From Octopus sinensis (lineage: Eukaryota), in the NCBI RefSeq assembly GCF_006345805.1, contig NC_043002.1:104346001-104410000 (forward strand): 64,000 bases of DNA, written 5' to 3'. The position numbers and the translations under genes are program-made. A model generated the notes under the pieces. The model was not told the DNA's origin. It worked only from the letters and a program-made list of their open reading frames with translations, and ran no database searches. Shown piece after piece: positions 57,249-64,000 of this stretch; position 1 is the first letter of the stretch; each line of letters begins with the position of its first letter.

Positions 57249-57283
57249 GTTTCTGACGAAGAGCTCCGTTCGAAACGTTAAAC
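57249..57283 (+). ncRNA. Minimal type I hammerhead ribozyme motif (family E)
   Basis: GTTT-CTGACGA-A-GAGC(TCC)GTTC-GAAAC-GT-T-AAAC: intact core, stem II with one G-U, 4-bp stem I, palindromic ACGT. Confidence 0.68.
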
Positions 57284-57489
57284 CCTCCTTCTTTCCTTCT
57301 TTCCTGAGCGTCCAATAATACTATACTTGTTCCACGTCCTCGCGTTGTTGTGTTTTCTCTTTGCGTTTTCGTTTGGATTAACTATATATATATATATATT
57401 GTTGTTGATTTTGTTGTTGTTGTTATTGTTGTTGGCATCCTTTTCGTCTCGGGAGACAATGTAGTTGCCCATAAAATATTCTAGTCCGG

Positions 57490-57890
57490 TTTTTGCATTC
57501 CATGTACCAATACATCTCCTGCTGTGGCTGTGAAGTCCTGTCCTGGTCAAACACTCTCTCTGGCAGGTGCCGTAAATGTAGCGAAGACTTTGCCTGGCTG
57601 GTTGTAATGTCATACTTTCTTCTTGACGTCTTTCCATTGTCTTTCCATTTCTCCTCTCTCCCTCTGTCACTCCTTTGCGTTCCCTCTTTTACGGTTCGTC
57701 GCCAATCTCCACGGTTGCTGGGAACTGCTTACCAGATGCTAATAATGATGTTGCAGTCGTTCATGTCCCTTTTGCAAACATCCTTGTAGCGTAAGAACGG
57801 TCTACCCACAGACCTAGTGCCCCTAGCAAGCTCTCCGTAGAGTATGTCCTTCGGGATTCTGCCATCTTCCATACGACTAACATGTCCAAG
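57490..57890 (-). pseudogene. RTE-clade LINE 3' end
   Basis: LGHVSRMEDGRIPKDILYGELARGTRSVGRPFLRYKDVCKRDM, then ...RECLTRTGLHSHSRRC (terminal Zn-finger-like motif), typical of RTE/BovB ORF ends. Confidence 0.92.
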
Positions 57891-58189
57891 ACACACACAC
57901 ACACACACACAAACGCACACACACACACACAAACGCACACACACACACCTATATGGAGTGGGCAATATAGGCTTTTGTCACTAACTTAAAAGATGTATAC
58001 AAGCATGTGAGAAAGTTAGAATCGATATATATATATTGTAAAGTGAGAGATGGCGATCCTTTCAACATTACAATGGTGATATAATTTAAATTAAATGAGA
58101 AAGTGTGCATTTAATGAGAAATCGAGTAGACGCTGATGTCCAAACATAGAAATAGATGGCTACGTATTTATCTGTTATTGTCTTTGAAT

Positions 58190-58550
58190 GGATGGAAGCA
58201 CTCCGTCGGTTACGACGACGAGGGTTCCGGTTGATCCGAATCCACGGTATTAACGTGTAAGTGGCTGAACACTCCACAGACACGTGTACCCATAACGTAG
58301 TTCTCGGGGATATTCAGCGTGACAAGGCCGTCCCTTTGAAATACAGGTACAACAGAAACAGGAAGTAAGAGTGAGAGAAAGTTGTGGTGAAAGAGTACAG
58401 CAGGGATCACCACCACCCCATGATGGAGCCTCGTGGAGCTTTTAGGTGTTTTCGCTCAATAAACACTCGCAACGCCCGGTCTGGGAATCGAAACCGCGAT
58501 CCTATGACCGCGAGTCCACTGCCCTAACCACTGGGCCATTGCGCCTCCAC
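58190..58550 (-). mobile_element. SINE family 2A with 11-bp TSD
   Basis: TSD TGTCTTTGAAT at 58179-58189 and 58551-58561. Confidence 0.93.
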
Positions 58551-59270
58551 TGTCTTTGAATAACTCTTAGCTATATATCATTCCGAGGACAAAGAACTCT
58601 TGGTGTGTATATTCTAAGAAAATGCCATCTGCGATTCAAAATTCTGCAGGAGGTGCAGATGAGGGCAGCTGCATTGAACTCTCTCATGCACAAAATGGCA
58701 GTTGCTAAAAAGCATTCGTGGGGTAAAATCATGTAGCAAACCAAATGGTGGTTCCCCAGCATGGCCACAGCTCATGAGCTGAAACTGGAAAATCAAAATC
58801 AAATCAAATGGGGTATAGACTTTGAAGCAAAAAAAAAAAAAAATCATGCTAACTTAACACATCAATGCAAGATTTGGAATATATTAGAAATCGTTAGAGG
58901 TATATATTTGGACAATAAGAGAAGAAGAATATTTCAAGAAAGATAGAAGAATATTTCAAGTAAGATAGAGAATACACATCAAAGTGTGTTACAGTATTTC
59001 ATTTTAAAAACGCTCTTGGTTCTGTACGTTAAAACTGGGACAGGTCCTAGAATTTAAAATACCATGCGTGTGAATTACGTGGGTGTAAAGGAGCGTGCGT
59101 GTGCACGTACGTCCATGCGCGTGTGTGTGTATGTGTGTATGTGTGTATGCGTATGTGTGTATATATCGCGGCGTGATTAAATGTACATATACACGTAGAA
59201 TACACACACACACACACACACAAACACCTGCATATACGTATACACGTTTGTGTGTGTGGGTGTAGTGTTT

Positions 59271-59314
<44 letters not shown>

Positions 59315-60361
59315 TGTGTGTGTGTGTGTATGTAAGAGTAACCGTGAGAGATGGACAGATTGCGTGGAGCGATATAGGAGCTAGGTTTGGGCATTTGTTC
59401 TTCCATCTTATGTTTTTAATCTCCATAATTGTATTAGTCTTATATATTTCTTTTTTATTTCAAACAATAGAGTTGTGATATACATTATCAAGAAATTTAC
59501 ATTTGGGAACCTTCTAGGTCGAGTTGTGAGAAGTATGTGGTGACTAGGATGCCAGGTAGCTCGCGTTCATTGCCAAAACTTACAACAAATAACCGTATGT
59601 TTATTGTTACGACTGATAAAATCTCCATGTATACACAAACATATCCTCCCTCTCCGACACATATTCACACACTTACTGAAACAAATTCACCAACGCACTC
59701 ATATGATTTGGTTGATGTGAGTGAGATAACAAACACACACACAAATGAACACACAGATCATAAATATATGTGTGTATATATATATATATATGTGTGTATG
59801 TGTGTGTGTCTAACTATATCTCCATATATATAGAGAGATAGTGATAGACAGCTAGATATTTACACTCATACATAAACACACATGCTATAGCATGCATACT
59901 GTGGTGTTGAACAATATTTGTCAGGATAGCATTTTATCGCTGTCAGATTTTGGTAGAACGATTAATACTGGTAAACATATTTTTAGTTAGTGAATGTCTC
60001 AAAAGATTTTTTTTATTCGCTTGTTCTCTTCTATTTTACTAGAAATTTTTTTTTTTTACACTTCTCAGTGTCCAACTGGCAAATTGTTCATCTGACGTAA
60101 CCCCTGACCGACTTCACTGAAGTATTTCAAAGCGATATTACAAGAAAATGCAAACTACCTTGAGCAAATCTAAATAACCACATAGACTTAGTCATTCTTA
60201 CATTGTTCCATATTCACCTGCTGTTGTTCAAAAGCGTTCTTTGCCAATCGATGCAGTCGCAAATATAACTTCGCATTATATTATAGATGGCGCCCGATAA
60301 CAGTTCCTACTGCAGGGTATATACCTCTGCATTCTAATGTATATATATATATATATATATC

Positions 60362-60398
<37 letters not shown>

Positions 60399-60459
60399 AT
60401 ATATATGTATATATATGTATATATATATATATTATATATATATATATGTATATATATGT

Positions 60460-60508
<49 letters not shown>

Positions 60509-61016
60509 GTATATATATATATATATATGTGTGTGTATATATATTATATATATATATATATATACACGTATATATAGATGTGTGTGTGTGTTGTATAAAT
60601 CTATATAATGTATGTTTGTGTTTGTACATATATATAGATGTATTATAATATATATGCTTGTGATTGTGGTGTGTGTATATATGTTTATACATATGTGTGT
60701 GTGTGTGTTTGTTCGTCTCCCTCACTGTTTGACAACCGATGTTGATTAGCTTACTTATCCGTAAGTATAGGTTCGTCAAAATCCAAGCGGAAGAATAAGA
60801 ACCAGGTTTAGAATGCACATAACTGGGATCGAATCGTTCGACGAAAACTTTGCAGCGGTTTGCCCCAGCAGCTTTTACATCTGATGATTGAAACAATTAA
60901 AATATAACAGATATATATATATATATATATCACCACCAAAAAACGAAGAAGAAACAACGCGAGGACGTGGTACATGTAAAGAATTGGCAGACGCTTAGGA
61001 AAGGAAAAAGAGGTGG

Positions 61017-61052
61017 CATAACGTTTCGAGCAGACGCTCTTCTTCAGAAATA
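61017..61052 (-). ncRNA. Hammerhead motif (family E, second copy)
   Basis: Minus strand TTT-CTGAAGA-A-GAGC(GTCT)GCTC-GAAACGTT; stem I eroded. Flanks are homologous to 57195-57360 (shared CCACGTCCTCGCGTTGTT). Confidence 0.58.
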
Positions 61053-61619
61053 GAGGTAAGTCCAATAGAAAAGAATGCCGGCGGGAGAAAATTGCCAACT
61101 ATTCACAACGTGGTTACATATATATAAATGTATATGTGTGTGTTTATGTGTGTGTTTATGTGTGTGCTTGTGTGTGTTTGGGTGTGTGTAATTATACCCT
61201 TATATATACATATGCAACCCAATGATAATTTAAGTAGATAAATCATTTACCATATCTTTAACGACTCGTTACAATTGTTTTTGTAGCAGCGCCAGTTTAC
61301 GTAAAAGTTCGAAGTGAAAATATACGTAATGTTTGCAGTTTTAGCCATTAAAGAGGCATTTGATGAGCATTATGTGAATGGCGTGCTGCCACCGAGTGTG
61401 CGTTCTGCAGACCTTGTGCTTCGTTGGTTTGTATCGAGAGGATACAGAAAATCTTTATATATAAAAGAGAGGTTGTGTGCTGTCTGTCTCCTACGATTTA
61501 GATTCCTAACTACTCCCACATTTTGCGGTGCAGTTTAACCAAAACCGGGTATCTTATAGTCGTGATTCATATCGAGCCCTTCTGGGTATTAGCGCGTGTC
61601 TACGATGAGTTTACAATTA

Positions 61620-61848
61620 AAAAAAAAAATTACCATCAATTTTTCCCATTTTTAATGCATTTTTGGCATATATAAGGGAAGTAACTCTCTAAAAGTTAAT
61701 TATTAAATCTCAGAACGTAAAAACCTACATTTACACCCCCCCTTTGTGGTTAACCATATTGAGATGGCTATTATACCTTACATCTCTAAAAATGCTTATA
61801 TAGTTATTTCCCTTACAAACCCGAGCAACGCCGGGCGATACTGCTAGT
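61620..61848 (-). mobile_element. Helitron/Helentron-like element, 5' portion
   Basis: Reverse complement starts ACTAGCAGTATCGCCCGGCGTTGCTCGGGTTTGTAAGGGAAATAACTATA, identical to the start of 21076. Confidence 0.55.
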
Positions 61849-63056
61849 AAGTTAATAAAAGTATTTCCACTGGAGGAGTAAGCAGGGTAGAAAATATGTA
61901 GCGGGTGGGGAAATCACGAGGAAGAATACGATGAAGGAGGAGGAGGTGGTGGTGGAGGAGGGGAGGAGAAAGGAGAAGAGTAGGAGAGGAGAAGGAAGAA
62001 GAGGAGCAGAGGGGGAGAAGGAAGAAGAGGGGGAGGCAGGAAATCGAGCTGAGTGAATAAATCGATCCCAGTACTCCTTTTTCAAATGTGCTCCGTATTC
62101 AATCGTTCTCTTTGCTGAACTCAAACGCACCAATACCAGTTATCAAGCGGTGGTGGGGAGGACAAACGCAGAAAAAAAGACGTCCACACATAGATGCATA
62201 TATAAATACATAGATACATATATACATACGTGTGTGTGTATTATATATGTGTGTACATATGCATGTATATTTATATATATTTACATACGTATATATATAT
62301 ATACACACTCACACAAATCTTTTTTTTTTTTTCTGTGCGTGAGAACAGATACGTAGATATGAAGAAACTCTTCATCTGATCTTCTTATTGAACTTTGAAT
62401 AAATATACTTTCTCTATGTTGTATTAAGAGATACGTCGATGCAGTTTTGAAGCAGAGAAATATCTCGGATTGACTTGCACTTTAAACCAACGTTTACACA
62501 AGTGACCACTATTTTATTTTACGCGCTGTACACAAACTCATTCCACTGGGAAGAATATTAGAATGTTCAGACGCAATTCTTAAAGACTTACTCACACATT
62601 TTCTAGCTTATTTGCTTCTGAATTCACCAATAACAATTGTCCATTGTTAAGTCAATAAAAGTTTCAAATTGTGAATCAGAGGACCTTGTTATAGAACAAA
62701 TGCCTATGGAGATCAAGAAAAACATGGCCGTTTATTAATGGCACTCTAACAGCGTCTGGGCTTTGTATACAGCTTCTTAAGTCAATAGTAGGTGTTTGCA
62801 TTTGACCACTTGGAATTAACTGAAAGACTTCAACCTGTATATTTATTGGTTATTTCACAGAAGATTCGCTGTTTACAAAAATAGGTTGAACAACGCCTCC
62901 TCGAAATTCTTATGAAATTCCGTTTGCAATATAAACTCAAATCGAATATAATAAGTAGATTCAAAATTTGGAACGACTCTGTGGTAAAGCTCCGTATATT
63001 CTTGTAGGTTTAAGCTGTAAATTCAAATCCAGCCGAGATCAGATTTGTCTTACCTA

Positions 63057-63287
63057 TTTCTTTACTACTCACAAGGGGCTAAACACAGAGGGGACAAACA
63101 AGGACAGACAAACGGATTAAGTCGATTATATCGACCCCAGTGCGTAACTGGTACTTATTTTATCGACCCCGAAAGGATTAAAGGCAATGTCGACCTCGGC
63201 GGAATTTGAACTCAGAACGTAACGGCAGACGAAATACGGCTACGCATTTCGCCCGGGGTGCTAACGATTCTGCCAGCTCACCGCCAC
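63057..63287 (-). mobile_element. SINE family 3 copy with TSD-like flanks
   Basis: Full-length homology; AGATTTGTC(T/C)TAC lies on both sides (about 63041 and 63289). Confidence 0.87.
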
Positions 63288-64000
63288 TAGATTTGTCCTA
63301 CATTCATATGGTGTTGTTAAGATGAACTCTTTTTGAAAACAAGGCTAATCTAATGCAGTAAATCTTCTCGAAGATCGAATTTTTTTTCTTTTTTGTTTTT
63401 GTTTTTGACTTTATTAGAAAACCATTGATTGCATTTTATGAAATTATGATATAATCTCACAAAGTTAAATAAGGCTACAAATATTACACGATCATTATTA
63501 GGATTAGCGTTCACTTCCCGAAAACCCATGTTCGGCCATACTTCGCTCCGGGATAATTTGCATGTATAATAATATGTATGAAACCAAGAGTGTTGTACGG
63601 CATATATATGTATTATGTATGCATTATGTATGTATGTATGTATGTATGTATGTATGTATGTATGTATGTATGTATGTTTGTATGTATGCATGGATGGATG
63701 TATGGATGGATGGATGGATGGATGGATGGATGGATGGATGGATGAATGGATGGCGTTTCCGTCGTTGAATTTTCACTTCCTCAATTAGTTGAAATGAATA
63801 TTATATTCATGAATTGACGTGAAAATAGCCTAGCTTTCGAAAGACGTATAGTTTTAAAGTATTTTGTCAGGCAGATTCAGTGCGGGACTGTGTTTCGAAT
63901 CCGTGCTTTTTCGATTAGATCTAGAATCAATCCGACGTGTTTGTACACGTTTTCCCTCTGCTTAAAAGTTATGGAATGAAACAACGCAGACAATTATATT

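Overview
AT-rich, microsatellite-saturated eukaryotic DNA that looks intergenic or intronic. The repeat families resemble those I associate with octopus/cephalopod genomes; this is an inference, not provable from the window. I found no convincing host protein-coding gene, rRNA, intact tRNA or CRISPR array. Most ORFs in the supplied track are translations of (TA)n, (CA)n, (AAT)n, (TCTA)n or (CAT)n repeats. The window contains: at least three tRNA-headed SINE families (over 20 copies, several with target-site duplications); four mariner relics, including an 84-bp MITE; a decayed Penelope-like element (RT plus GIY-YIG); CR1-like and RTE LINE fragments; three Helitron-like non-autonomous elements; and a 20-bp minisatellite. 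The main hidden signal is a set of type I hammerhead ribozyme motifs (CUGANGA - stem II - GAAA - stem III - NUH). About ten occurrences (intact or degenerate) fall into five unrelated sequence families. Three families occur as inverted fold-back pairs, and one of these places a tRNA-like Pol III head upstream of the ribozyme. Together they suggest a diverse set of Penelope-associated, retrozyme-like self-cleaving non-autonomous elements. All ribozyme calls come from manual base-pairing and need computational and biochemical confirmation.
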